This document shows positions 28,947-39,318 of a stretch of 64,000 nt of DNA, piece by piece. The notes below the pieces were generated by a model that was not told the origin of the DNA, searched no databases, and saw only the letters and a list, made by a program, of their open reading frames with translations. Both the position numbers and the translations under genes were made by a program. How positions within the stretch are numbered: the first letter of the stretch is position 1; each line of letters opens with the position of its first letter. The stretch is from Polyangiaceae bacterium (GTDB taxonomy: Bacteria > Myxococcota_A > Polyangia > Polyangiales > Polyangiaceae): NCBI GenBank assembly GCA_965222375.1, contig CBDCTZ010000016.1, positions 512,001 through 576,000 of the forward strand, given 5' to 3'.

Positions 28947-29386
28947 TGTTGCGAGCGGCGGCACTGTGCTTGTGGGAAGCGCCCCAGAACGTTCTTGGGG
29001 CGTCGCTGTATCTGGCAGAGCGACTCACGGGCTTGGCGAAGGAGTCGACGCGACAACATGGGCGGCTGTTCGTCAAGTCGCGCGTCAGCGCGGTCAGTCT
29101 CGGCTACTTCGTATTCTGGACGGAAGGCACCACCCGCTACTTCGTGCACGATGAGAGCACGCGCCTGCACGAGTACGGGCACACCTTCCAGTCGCGCTGG
29201 TTGGGGCCTCTGTATCTGCCGCTGGTCGGCGTCCCCAGCGTTTTGCGCGTGCTCTACGCCCTGGTCTATCGCGAGGCGACGGGCCGGCGCTGGGGTGGCT
29301 ACTTCGACGGCTACCCGGAGCGGTGGGCCGACGAGCTGGGCGGCGTGACACGGAGCTACCGCGAGTTGTTGGCGCGAGCCGAGTAG
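28946..29386 (+). CDS. small hypothetical protein with HEYGH motif
   Basis: WEAPQN, AVSLG, HEYGHTFQS..LGPLYL, E.WAD; overlaps the DUF763 stop (TGATG). Confidence 0.75.
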   Translation: MLRAAALCLWEAPQNVLGASLYLAERLTGLAKESTRQHGRLFVKSRVSAVSLGYFVFWTEGTTRYFVHDESTRLHEYGHTFQSRWLGPLYLPLVGVPSVLRVLYALVYREATGRRWGGYFDGYPERWADELGGVTRSYRELLARAE

Positions 29387-29492
29387 CGGGCCTAGAGCAG
29401 TGTTCCTGCGGTTGCTTCGCTTGCCTTGCTCTTGCTTTCGAGAAGAGCGGAGATTAACTTGGCTTGCACCGGTAGTGTGGGGGCGGCGCGCC

Positions 29493-31109
29493 ATGCATGT
29501 GAGGGGTCGAGTCACTGGGTTGGGCGGAAGGTCGTGCCCAACGGATTGCGGTGTTCACCGGCTAGTGAGCGGTGCAACCGCCCTGTTGGTCGCGGCCACG
29601 CCATCATGTCAGCAACCGACCGAGGTGGTGCTCGAGCTAACCACGGATGTCTCGTGTCCGCTCAGAAGCGCTCAGATTACGGCTGGTGCGCCCGATGACG
29701 TGGAGAAGCGTCGTCCCAACGCCTCGACCTCAACCTGTTCCGGAGCCGGCTCGCGCAATCAGATCGGTTCGCTGGTACTCGTGCCCAGCGAAGGCAACCA
29801 GCGCGCCGCTCTCGGCGTCCGCATTGTCGCCGGTGTCGATGTGCCAGTTGAAGCATGTCAGCCACCCGATTATCGAGGTTGCATTGTTGCGCGGCGATCT
29901 CTACGTTTTCTCGAGAACAAGCGCTTGACGCTGCCGGTCATCTTGCGCACTCAGTGCAAGACTTCGCTCAGCCCCGGAGCTCCGAGTTTGGCGTGCGGCA
30001 CTCGGGAAACGTGCGTCCGAGGGGCATGCGTGCCATGGGAAATCGACCCGGCCAAATGCCTGGGTAGCAGTGGCTGCGGCGAATCGGTTCTCATCTCCGA
30101 GCCGGACGGTGGAGTCATCAATCCTTGCAATGCAGGTAACGGTCCAGATGCGGATGGCGACGGATTCACTGAGGCTGACGGGGACTGTGACGATTGTGAC
30201 GCGTCGGCGAACCCAGGAGCCTTCGACTTCCCGAGCAACAACCGAGACGAGGACTGTTCCGGAACTGCTGATGATGCCGATGTGAGCTGCGACTCCACTG
30301 TCGGCAAGATTGACGACCCGGACCCGCTCGCTGGCGCACGCGCCATCGGCCTGTGTAATATTTCAGACGGCATTGCGTGGGGCATCATCGAAGCACGCTA
30401 TACAAAAGCAGACGGATCTCCGGGGATGAATCCGCTTTCTCACGGGGTACTAGGTGCGTTTGGTCCCAACGTTGCTCCTCGCGAGGGAAAAAGGCTGTTG
30501 GCACTGTCTAGCGGCGCAGCGCGAACCCCGACAGATCCGGGCTTCATTCCTGGTTCAAACGACAACATGGGAACATCCGGAGGAGCTCCTCCGGGCTTCC
30601 CCGCCGTTGCGCCTCAGTGTGGTGGGAGTGCGTCCACCACCGAGGTCAATGACACTGCGGCATTGGACCTGACACTCCGAATTCCCACGAACGCCAAGAG
30701 TATCGCATTCGACTTCAACTTCTATAGCTCGGAGTTTCCGGAGTGGGTACAAACGGTTTATAACGATGCCTTTGTCACACTGCTGAGTCCTGCCCCATCG
30801 GGTGCGCTCAACGGCAACGTCGCCTTCGACGGAAACCAGTGTCCAATCAACGTTAGCGGTGCCTTCATGCAGGTGTGCAGTGGGTGTGCTTTGGGGGTGG
30901 CGGGATTGCAAGGGACGGGGTTCGAAAGCGACGGCGCAACGGGCTGGCTGACGTCGCACGCGAACGTCCCACCTGGCGAGGTCGTTCGCCTTCGCTTCGC
31001 CATTTGGGATACCGCGGATTCGGTCTTGGATTCTCTTGTTCTCATTGACAACGTCCGTTGGTCGCCGAATGCGGCGCCCGGGACATCTACGACGCCTGTG
31101 CCGCGCTAG
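29493..31109 (+). CDS. array lipoprotein P1: shared N-domain, MopE-like metal-binding motif, choice-of-anchor-L-like domain
   Basis: SCQQPTEVVLELTTD..IGSLVLVPS..GCIVARR; DADGDGF..DCDD..NPGA..DEDC; FDFNFYSSEFPEW..YND, GATGWL, LRFAIWD..DS.VLID; start uncertain. Confidence 0.8.
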   Translation: MHVRGRVTGLGGRSCPTDCGVHRLVSGATALLVAATPSCQQPTEVVLELTTDVSCPLRSAQITAGAPDDVEKRRPNASTSTCSGAGSRNQIGSLVLVPSEGNQRAALGVRIVAGVDVPVEACQPPDYRGCIVARRSLRFLENKRLTLPVILRTQCKTSLSPGAPSLACGTRETCVRGACVPWEIDPAKCLGSSGCGESVLISEPDGGVINPCNAGNGPDADGDGFTEADGDCDDCDASANPGAFDFPSNNRDEDCSGTADDADVSCDSTVGKIDDPDPLAGARAIGLCNISDGIAWGIIEARYTKADGSPGMNPLSHGVLGAFGPNVAPREGKRLLALSSGAARTPTDPGFIPGSNDNMGTSGGAPPGFPAVAPQCGGSASTTEVNDTAALDLTLRIPTNAKSIAFDFNFYSSEFPEWVQTVYNDAFVTLLSPAPSGALNGNVAFDGNQCPINVSGAFMQVCSGCALGVAGLQGTGFESDGATGWLTSHANVPPGEVVRLRFAIWDTADSVLDSLVLIDNVRWSPNAAPGTSTTPVPR

Positions 31110-31335
31110 TGCAGCTTAATCGAGCGAGAACCCGACGACGGATGGTGTGTTGTAGCGGTTGCGGAGCGGATGCCTGCTACCTGGGCGCATCGCCGCTCCG
31201 GATTTGGATGTGCTGTGTGATCCCACTCACGGACAAGCTCTTACCGTCAGGAATTCGTGGTCGACGACCGGCTCGAAGCGGTACAATGCAATAGACCTAG
31301 TCACGTTCTTCACAGTTTCGAAGAGTTACGCTGGA

Positions 31336-32424
31336 ATGGAGACAGAAACTCGTTGCGAGCTTGTGCGAATCGCCCGACGCGCGGGAGGTGCATTGCTCTG
31401 TGTCTTGTGTGGCTGCCAGGAGCCCACCCAGGCAACACTCATTTTCGAGACGGACGTGCTTTGCCCGCGCAACGAGTCTGCGATCGCGCTGGGACAACTC
31501 GGCCCAGCGTTGGAGCAAGCTGCCCCGAGCGCCCTGGGTCCAAGCTGCACCACGGGAGCCAACAGCACCATCGGAACGCTCGTTGTGGTTCCAAGCGATG
31601 ACAGCAATCCGTCTTTTGGCGTTCGCGCGGTGCTGGGAATTCAGAAGCCCACTTCCGCCTGTAGTGCTAGCGACGCATATGCTGGTTGTACCATTGCGCG
31701 ACGCGGCCTCGCGCTTCGTGCTAACGAACCCCTTGCAGTGCGCATCGGTCTCTGGAACGAATGCGTGGGACAAGCGTGCGCCGCCGACCAAACGTGCGTG
31801 CGGGGTGGCCAGTGTGTCAGCGCACTGATTCCGGACAGTTCGCGGTGTTCCGAAGACAGCCCATGTGATGAGGGCGTTCTGCTGAGTGGATCCCCAGCAG
31901 GGCTCGCGTGCGACACCCTCTGCAAGCGCGCCGTCCAGTGCAGCGGGAAACCCTCCGCCCTCCAGCCCTGCTTGGAGGATTGCGCGTTCGTAGCTCAGGA
32001 GTCTCCACTAACCTGCCAAGTTCCACTGCAAAAGTATGTGAACTGTGTGGCTGACGCTATCGCTTCCTGTGGTGGAGCCAAGGAGTGTGATGATGCTGAG
32101 CTAGCCTGGACGACGTGCGTTTTGGGTAGCACGCAATGCAGCGGTCGCGGTCTCGGCTCTGGCAACGCAGGCACGGGTAGTGGCGTCGCGATCGAAACGA
32201 AGCAGGCGCTGTGCCAATGTGGCGTTCCCGAAGGAGACGCGCCAGCGGGTGCCCCCTGCGCGGGCAGCGGCGACTGCGCTCAGACGTGCTGTCAGAGCTC
32301 TTCCAGCACAAACCGGTTTTCAGCTGCTGCATGCATCAAGGGAAAGTGCGGTTCAGCGAGCGAAGTTTGCTCCTTGGCCGAACAGGGGGGCGCGTCTTCG
32401 TCCTCACCGGGCTTGTGTGGTTGA
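31336..32424 (+). CDS. array lipoprotein P2: shared N-domain plus Cys-rich helical C-terminus
   Basis: GCQEPTQATLIFETD..IGTLVVVPS..GCTIARR. Confidence 0.75.
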   Translation: METETRCELVRIARRAGGALLCVLCGCQEPTQATLIFETDVLCPRNESAIALGQLGPALEQAAPSALGPSCTTGANSTIGTLVVVPSDDSNPSFGVRAVLGIQKPTSACSASDAYAGCTIARRGLALRANEPLAVRIGLWNECVGQACAADQTCVRGGQCVSALIPDSSRCSEDSPCDEGVLLSGSPAGLACDTLCKRAVQCSGKPSALQPCLEDCAFVAQESPLTCQVPLQKYVNCVADAIASCGGAKECDDAELAWTTCVLGSTQCSGRGLGSGNAGTGSGVAIETKQALCQCGVPEGDAPAGAPCAGSGDCAQTCCQSSSSTNRFSAAACIKGKCGSASEVCSLAEQGGASSSSPGLCG

Positions 32425-32511
32425 ACACGACAGCGGCCGAACTCTCAGTGTCGAAACTCTTGTGGTCGTGTATCCTGCGGCCAGGGAATGCTGCGGGTTC
32501 CAAATGGTGAC

Positions 32512-34452
32512 ATGGACATGGAGTCCCTCATAGGTACGACCGTCGGTTCGCACCTGAGCGCTGGTGTCTCTTATCGACTGGAGAGGCTGCTCGGTGCTGG
32601 TGGGATGGCGGTCGCGTTCTTCGCTCTGCGGCGGGCGCCGGATGGCGATTCACCCGTTGTGTTGAAAGTGCTGCGAGCGGACGTTGTGCGCGAAGTGGGC
32701 GCCAATGCGGCGCTCATGGTCAAGAAGGAAGCGGTGGCCCTGGGGCGCTTGAACGAAAACGTGCCGCCTACGCCCTTTGTCGTTCGACTCATTGATACCA
32801 GTAACGTGCAGGTGGATTTCGCCGGCGCCCCCCTCGAGCTTCCATGGTTGGCAATCGAGTATGTGCACGGCGGCCCCGAAGGCACGACTCTCGAGCAGCG
32901 CGTGGCGCACAGCATCAAACACACGGGCTCCGCGTTCGATCCCGTGCGGGCGGCTCACGCGATGGAGAGCCTGGCATCCGGGCTTTCTGCGATTCATGCC
33001 GTGGATGTGATCCACCGCGACCTGACGCCCGGTAACGTGCTGTGCTGCGGGTTTGGGGATGACGAGATTTTCAAGATTGCGGACTTCGGTATTGCTCGTC
33101 CCGCTGGTATGGCCGCAACTTTCGGTGGCGTCGTTGTGGGCACGCCTGGTTACGCCCCCCCGGAGCAGTTCTTGTTGGATCCTACTCGGATCGGAACGTG
33201 GAGTGACCTGTTCTCCCTCGGGGCGTTGACTTTCTATCTGCTGACCGGTGAGCCGTATTTTGCCTTAGGTGATCCCAGTGAAAGCGTGCGTTTGGCTCAG
33301 AAGAGCGAGCGACGCCGGCTTTCGGGATGTCGCTTCCTATCCCCGGAGCTTGCTAGCCGACCGAACGCCTGTGCCGCGATCGACGCGGCATTGGCGAGCG
33401 CCACCGCCGTGGAGCCGAAGGAAAGACCCCCGAGCCCGGCTGCGCTGGCGTCGATGATACTGCCTCAGCTCCGGCCGCCCTCCGTCCGATCCAAGGAGGT
33501 TCAACGGCCTCCGCGCACCTTGATCGGTGAGGCGTCCACGCTGGTTAGCGGATGGTCGTGGAGCGCGCGCCAAAGGTTGGGGGGCGATCGCGTGATCCGG
33601 CGCGTCGCATGGGATGGGGACGGTCGTTGCCTCGCCGCGACGGGCGCGGGGCTCGCATTCTGGAACGGTACCAGTTGGCTTGCGGCCAAACACCGGGTGC
33701 TGCCGAAGCCGGACAACATCCACTTTGTGCACCGCAGCGGCGCTGGCGCGTGGTTGGTTGGAGGCGTGGGCGCGTTCATTGCCGTGTATACTACGGAAGG
33801 TGTTACCGACGTGATCCACGGGCCCGATTCGAAGGTGACGCTCGAGGAGGCCCGCGGTGACATCAACGATCTGCTCGTGCTGGTCGGTACGCGCGGCGCC
33901 GAACCGCCGCTTCTGTTCGGAATGTCGAGCGGCCGTTGGATCAGGCCGGCCACGATTGAAAGGGCGGCGTCGATCTCATCTCTTGCACAGTTGGATGACT
34001 CTCGTTACCTCGTTACCGGTCGCACGCGGCAGCATGAAGGATTCGTTGCCTTGTACGAACCGCTCATGTGGGAGGTGAAACGCGTCGAGACACCGAGCTC
34101 CCGAGCCTACCTCGCGGTGGCGACCCGCCCGGATATTCGAACTGGCGTCGCCGTGGGTGCTCATGGGCGCACCGTTCGAATCAACGGCGACGAGATCATC
34201 GCCTCCACGGTTGAGGGAGAGCCCGACCTATCCGCAGTAGCTTTGGATGCTGCGGGACGTGCGTGGGCTGCCAGTCTCGGCAGACTCTGGGTTCAGCTTC
34301 CCGACGAACCCGACCGCTGGCGCTGCGCATGGAGTGACTCGAGTTGGAACGTGCCAATCGTCAGTGTGTTTGCCAGCATCGGCTTGGTCATCGCCATGAC
34401 CGCCGACGGTGGGATACTGGAGGGACGTATTGACGGGGGTAGGTCGAGCTAG
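32512..34452 (+). CDS. Ser/Thr protein kinase with C-terminal beta-propeller-like domain
   Basis: LGAGGMA, VVLK, HRDLTPGN, DFG, GTPGYAPPEQ; no TM seen. Confidence 0.88.
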   Translation: MDMESLIGTTVGSHLSAGVSYRLERLLGAGGMAVAFFALRRAPDGDSPVVLKVLRADVVREVGANAALMVKKEAVALGRLNENVPPTPFVVRLIDTSNVQVDFAGAPLELPWLAIEYVHGGPEGTTLEQRVAHSIKHTGSAFDPVRAAHAMESLASGLSAIHAVDVIHRDLTPGNVLCCGFGDDEIFKIADFGIARPAGMAATFGGVVVGTPGYAPPEQFLLDPTRIGTWSDLFSLGALTFYLLTGEPYFALGDPSESVRLAQKSERRRLSGCRFLSPELASRPNACAAIDAALASATAVEPKERPPSPAALASMILPQLRPPSVRSKEVQRPPRTLIGEASTLVSGWSWSARQRLGGDRVIRRVAWDGDGRCLAATGAGLAFWNGTSWLAAKHRVLPKPDNIHFVHRSGAGAWLVGGVGAFIAVYTTEGVTDVIHGPDSKVTLEEARGDINDLLVLVGTRGAEPPLLFGMSSGRWIRPATIERAASISSLAQLDDSRYLVTGRTRQHEGFVALYEPLMWEVKRVETPSSRAYLAVATRPDIRTGVAVGAHGRTVRINGDEIIASTVEGEPDLSAVALDAAGRAWAASLGRLWVQLPDEPDRWRCAWSDSSWNVPIVSVFASIGLVIAMTADGGILEGRIDGGRSS

Positions 34453-34535
34453 AACCGCCAGCGCCGTCAGCGTGCCGCCAACCGAGTTCACGTGGCTACT
34501 GGGATCTTGCGCGCGCCTACAGCCCGTCGAAACTC

Positions 34536-35987
34536 TCACTTGCTCGTGCACGGATCGGATGGTGCTGCCGGCGGCGCTACCGGACCAAGCTGAATCGGCG
34601 CGACTTCGAAACCGAGACCAAGGCTAATGCCATTGCAGGTCTGATTTGGGTTGCCGTTGCTGCCGTCGAGCATGATGTCGCTGGCGGCGCGATATTGCTG
34701 GGCAATGTTCTGGAAAACGGAGTCCTCGCACAGGCTCGCGTCAAGAGCTCCGAAGGACCTCTTCAGCTCGGCGATGAACACTTCTGTATCCACGACACCC
34801 GCGATCACACCGCCACTAGCCTGTGCGCTTGCGCCAGCCCCCGTGATTTGCATGGTGAGGACTGCGTGCTTCAGGGGCAGCGCGATGCCAAACCCGCTGA
34901 TCGGGAAGCTCAGCGTCATGTCAGTGGGTGCCCCGGAGACCCAAACGCTGTCGGACATGTAGGACGCGCTGAAAAGCTTGGGACCGTTCAAGTCGCCACC
35001 GTTGACTGATTCGGCGGTGACCGGCCAAAGGTCGCTGCCGTCGAGTTTTGGTGGCCCGCCCAGGTGCGCCCCAAAGTATATACCGGTTAACACGCCGGAC
35101 TGCGTCGGCTCTGGGCCGAGGTTGCTGAGGCGAACAATCAACGTGCCTTCGCCATCCAGCACCGCCTGCGTCACAGTGGTGCTGACTTCGTTGCCGGTCA
35201 GTTCCTTGGCAACCGGGACAATATTGGCGCCCCAAGAATTGTCGATGCCGTTGTTGCCGTCCTGCTTGACAGCGCCTGGGTTTGCTCCGTTCACCGGCCT
35301 ACAGTGATTGATTCCCTTTGGCGTCGAAATCAAGTGGTCGAGATTGTAGCCGAAGCTCTTCCAGGCGTCTGAAACGACATTGCCATTGCGATCGGTGTCG
35401 CCCCAAAACCAACGTTTGACCGCTAGTACCGTCGGTTGCGCTCCGGTGGCACTTGGACTGCCGGGATCGGTAGGGGGTTGGGCGCCGGGAGCGGTGGGAT
35501 CCACAGTGCCATCGGAACACGTGGATTCGGTGGCGCAGGAGACCGGCACGCACACTCCGGCGACACAGGTTTCTTCGTTCAGGCATGCCACTCCGGAACA
35601 CGCTGAGGACAGTCTGATGGGAATCGTGAGGGAACGGTGCTCCTGGAAACGAAGAGCGCGCCTGGCTTCAATACAACCAGTTACGCTTCCGCTACGGCAT
35701 TGATCCAGCGGGAGCCCGACTGCGGTAACAACCGACACTTCGATCTCCGCGTTGGTTGCCCCTGACGGGACGAGCACCAAAGAGCCGATCTCCCCAGACG
35801 CATCCTGACATGATGAGGTAATTGACACCGGCGCCCTCGCGATGGTCCCTCCGTGTGGACCTACAGTGATGGACGTCCCTCGAACCAGCGCGCACGAAGC
35901 ATCCGTTGACAGCTCCAAGCGGATCTGGGTTGCATCTTGGCACGCTGTCGCAGTGATGCACATGCTCAGAACTCCCCACCGTCTCAT
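34536..35987 (-). CDS. array lipoprotein P3: shared N-domain plus unrelated beta-rich domain
   Basis: ACQDATQIRLELSTD..IGSLVLVPS..GCIEARRALRF; C-terminal domain GYNLD..DGNNGIDN. Confidence 0.8.
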   Translation of the reverse strand: MRRWGVLSMCITATACQDATQIRLELSTDASCALVRGTSITVGPHGGTIARAPVSITSSCQDASGEIGSLVLVPSGATNAEIEVSVVTAVGLPLDQCRSGSVTGCIEARRALRFQEHRSLTIPIRLSSACSGVACLNEETCVAGVCVPVSCATESTCSDGTVDPTAPGAQPPTDPGSPSATGAQPTVLAVKRWFWGDTDRNGNVVSDAWKSFGYNLDHLISTPKGINHCRPVNGANPGAVKQDGNNGIDNSWGANIVPVAKELTGNEVSTTVTQAVLDGEGTLIVRLSNLGPEPTQSGVLTGIYFGAHLGGPPKLDGSDLWPVTAESVNGGDLNGPKLFSASYMSDSVWVSGAPTDMTLSFPISGFGIALPLKHAVLTMQITGAGASAQASGGVIAGVVDTEVFIAELKRSFGALDASLCEDSVFQNIAQQYRAASDIMLDGSNGNPNQTCNGISLGLGFEVAPIQLGPVAPPAAPSDPCTSK

Positions 35988-36045
35988 TGCATGACGATCA
36001 CATATCATGTCCGCCTCCCCTTAGCGAGGAACTGTGAAGCACTCT

Positions 36046-36692
36046 CCGAACCGGTATCGCGAAGCCACCGCGACACAGAGTCAGTTCGGCGGAACCCGGA
36101 TGCGCCGCACAGTGCTCGGCAACCGTGGGGAGCGGCACCTCATTAATCATGGTACGCTACGCCAGGGGCATGCGACTCTCCCGCGTTCGTCTCGGTATCG
36201 TCCTTGTGGCATCCGCTGTGGCAATTAGCGCTGGGATGCCCGCATGTCGATCTCCGACACAGATCGTGTTCGAGCTGAGCACCGACGGTCCTTGTTACAC
36301 GCTGAGCGTGCCGGTCGAACGACGACAAACGGCGATTACGCTCGGTCGGCGTAGCAAGATTGAAACAGCAACTAAGTCGACTGCAAAAACCGAGCAATGC
36401 GACTCTGCTAGTGGACGAATCGGTAGCATTGTCGCCGTGCCCAGCGGCGACAATGATGAAGAGATTGGTGCACGTATCGTTAGCGCGCTAGGAAAGTCGC
36501 CTGCGGACTGCGCTGCAGGCGGAGATGGTCAGTGCATTGTTGCGCGTCGAGCTGTACGGTTTATTCCGAATCGGTCTCTGACGATTCCGATCTTTCTTAG
36601 CCAAGGCTGTGCTGGCGTTGTCTGCGATCCAGATTCTACGTGTGAGAAGGGCATCTGCGTGCCCCTAGGGTGCGCGGGCAAAGGCACATGCG
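36046..36692 (+). repeat. segmental duplication copy 1 (copy 2 at 38692-39318)
   Basis: Both copies begin CCGAACCGGTATCGCGA and align, mostly with synonymous changes, up to GGCAAAGGCAC(A/G)TGCG. Confidence 0.9.
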
Positions 36693-37288
36693 GTGGCGAC
36701 GCGGGGATCGGTGACGCGTCCACAGAAGACGACGCTGCATCGGGTACGGATGGTTCACATGTGGATGCTCCGAGTGATGCTCAGTTGGACGCCTGCGTTC
36801 CGGACTGTGCAGGACGGCAATGTGGGTCAGACGGTTGCGGTGGCAGTTGCGGGCCGTCTGGTGGAGGTTGTCCTGGCGCGAACGACGTTTGCAAGAGTGG
36901 TGTCTGCGTGTGCCAGCCAACCTGCGTCGGGAAACAATGTGGGGATAATGGATGCGGCTCAGCTTGCGGTTCTTGCGGCTCGAACCAGACATGCAGTGCC
37001 GGCACGTGCGTCGGCATCCTAGGTACTTGCGCGACTTGTACCAATTCATCCGAATGTGGGGGCGGTTTGAGCTGCTTAGCACACTGGTCGGATCACGGCA
37101 GCGTGCTTCTCAAGCGCTATTGCGCAGCGTCGTTGCAGTCCCCATCGCGAACCTGCATCGCTCCGAGGACTATTCGATACATCGTGTGTGGTGGAACTTA
37201 CGATGTCGACTGCAACTCGGAGTGCGTGAAGTCCGGCTATTCAGGTGCCATCGGGTGCTTCACGGATGGGACATGTGGCTGTGCGTGA
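36170..37288 (+). CDS. array lipoprotein P4: shared N-domain plus CG.DGCG Cys repeats
   Basis: ACRSPTQIVFELSTD..IGSIVAVPS..CIVARRAVRF; CVPDCAGRQCGSDGCGGSCG. Confidence 0.8.
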   Translation: MRLSRVRLGIVLVASAVAISAGMPACRSPTQIVFELSTDGPCYTLSVPVERRQTAITLGRRSKIETATKSTAKTEQCDSASGRIGSIVAVPSGDNDEEIGARIVSALGKSPADCAAGGDGQCIVARRAVRFIPNRSLTIPIFLSQGCAGVVCDPDSTCEKGICVPLGCAGKGTCGGDAGIGDASTEDDAASGTDGSHVDAPSDAQLDACVPDCAGRQCGSDGCGGSCGPSGGGCPGANDVCKSGVCVCQPTCVGKQCGDNGCGSACGSCGSNQTCSAGTCVGILGTCATCTNSSECGGGLSCLAHWSDHGSVLLKRYCAASLQSPSRTCIAPRTIRYIVCGGTYDVDCNSECVKSGYSGAIGCFTDGTCGCA

Positions 37289-37311
37289 GTCGTGGTCACT
37301 CCACGCTCTGG

Positions 37312-38693
37312 GGCATTGTGGTGGCCGTCCTCGTTGGAACCCGAGACCATCTCAGGATGACAACCAACGAAAGAAACCACCATGAAGAAGAGTGCCAGAG
37401 AGAAGAAGAGGAATCAAGGCCAGGGTGTGCCGGAGCAGCGAATGCTCCATTTGGCAGCTGTCATTCGCCGAGACCTTGTACGGCTTCGTCATTGAACAGG
37501 GCCTGCTGGCTTTGGATCACATACTCGAAGAAGACCGTGAGCGTCTGTGTGGCCCGGTGAAGGCGAAGGGTCGTTCGGGCGCACCGGTACGGTGGGGTCA
37601 CCCGGACGCTCGACTGTCGATGGGTGGTCGTCGAGTCGTGGTCAGCCGTCCACGTGTCCGCCAGGAGGGCAAGGAGGTCAAGCTGCCGACCTGGCAGGAG
37701 TTCGCTGACGACGACCCTCTCAACGAGCGCACGGTTGAGCAACCCGTGCTCTGTGTTTCGACACGCGATTACCAGCGGTCCGTCGAAGAGTCGTCTGACG
37801 AGCTTGGTCCGCATGGTGCCAGCAAGAGCGCTGCCTACCGTCGATTCGTGGCAGTGGCCGCGGAACGTCTCGAAAAGTGGAGTCGGCGCGGCCTATCCGA
37901 CATGGGCCTGGTAACCATCATGCTCCACGGCATCGAGGTTGATGAGCAGAGGGTCATCGCCGCTTTGGGTTTCGACGAAAGCGGCACGAAACACCCTCTG
38001 GGTGATGGACGACGATTACTTTTGCAGCCGTCCGGCCCACGGACCAAGTGTGATCTAGGGTCACCGCGTCGTTCCGGACCGGCTCCGGCGGCGCGAGGAG
38101 CCAAACGGTCACGGATGCTCAGGTCAGACTGCTGAGGAAGAAATTGAAGGATGAAAAACAGGTAACGGCGGCGGGTGCGGCGGCCGGGATGAGCGAGCGC
38201 AGCGCACACAACTGGAAGAACGGTCCGCTGCCTCCCAGACGAAGAAGGAGCGGCACCGGCGGACTCGGAAGGACCCCTTCGAAGACGTGTGGGACAGTGA
38301 GGTCGTTCGGTTGCTGGTCGACGATGAGAGTGGCCAGCTCGATGGGACAACAATACTCAAGCACCTTCGTGAGCGGCACGGGGCTCGCTTTGGTCGGGGT
38401 AAGCTACGCACTCTTCAACGCAGCATCCGGGACGGCGGATGCGCAGCATTTTGCGCAAGGTAAAGCGCTGGCGCGACGGGGCGATGATCAAGCGCTGGGT
38501 TGCTACCGCCCTTCTCGAAGCTGAGCGTGGCTTCCGTAAGGTGCGTGGCTACAAAGGAATGCCTGCCCTTGTTGCCGCCATGAGAGGCGACGCTGAACGC
38601 ATCAACCGCTTGATCACCAAGACGCAGCTGCCTGATCATCAAGTCCCCAACGAGATCGCCATCTGCGTGATCAACAGGGAGCGGGACAACGCC
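37312..38693 (+). mobile_element. degenerate IS256-family element with internal deletion
   Basis: N-fragment EEDRERLCGP..RPRVR..STRDY..SKSA..RRFV; C-fragment KVKRWRDGAMIKRWVATALLEAERGFRKVRGY; imperfect IRs GGCATTGT.. / ..ACAACGCC. Confidence 0.8.
38003..38421 (+). pseudogene. IS21-family istA N-terminal remnant nested in the IS256 element
   Basis: VTDAQVRLLRKK..AAAGMSERSA..W..GPLP, then frameshifted RTRKDPFEDVWDSEV..LL..LRTLQR. Confidence 0.75.
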
Positions 38694-39318
38694 GAACCGG
38701 TATCGCGAGTTCGGCTGAGCCCAAGTGCGCCGCACAGTGCACTCACAACCGTGGGGAGCGGCACCTCATTAATCATGGTACGCTGCGCCAGGGGCATGCG
38801 ACTCTCCCGCGTTCGTCTCGGTATCGTCCTTGTGGCATCCGCTGTGGCAATCAGTGCTGGGATGCCCGCGTGCCGATCTCCGACGCAGATTGTGTTCGAG
38901 CTGAGCACCGACGGCCCATGTAACACGGTGAGCGTGCCGATCGAACGGCGACAAACCGCCATTACGCTTGGTCGGCGTGGCAAGATTGAGACTGCAACCA
39001 AGTCGACAGCAGAAACCGAGCAATGCGACCCTGCTACCGGGCGCATCGGTACCATTGTCGCCGTACCCAGCGGCGACAATGATGAAGAGATTGGTGCGCG
39101 TATCGTTAGCGCGCTCGGAAAGTCGCCTGCGGACTGCGCTGCCGGCGGAGATGGTCAGTGCATTGTTGCGCGTCGAGCTGTTCGGTTTATTCCGAACCGG
39201 TCTCTGACGATTCCGATCTTTCTTGGCCAAGGCTGTGCCGGCATTGTCTGCGATCCAGATTCTACGTGTGACAAGGGCATCTGCGTGCCTCTAGGGTGCG
39301 CGGGCAAAGGCACGTGCG
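38692..39318 (+). repeat. segmental duplication copy 2
   Basis: Matches 36046-36692 apart from a ~20-bp deletion in the leader; begins at the IS256 right end. Confidence 0.9.

Noticed and set aside
38439..38795. Transposase-lipoprotein fusion protein (632-aa ORF)
   Set aside because: Chance in-frame run from the IS256 remnant; the duplicated leader shows the real start at 38775 or 38796.
36046..39318. DGR template/variable repeat pair
   Set aside because: Differences are mostly synonymous and not adenine-specific, they cover the N-terminal region, and there is no reverse transcriptase in the window.
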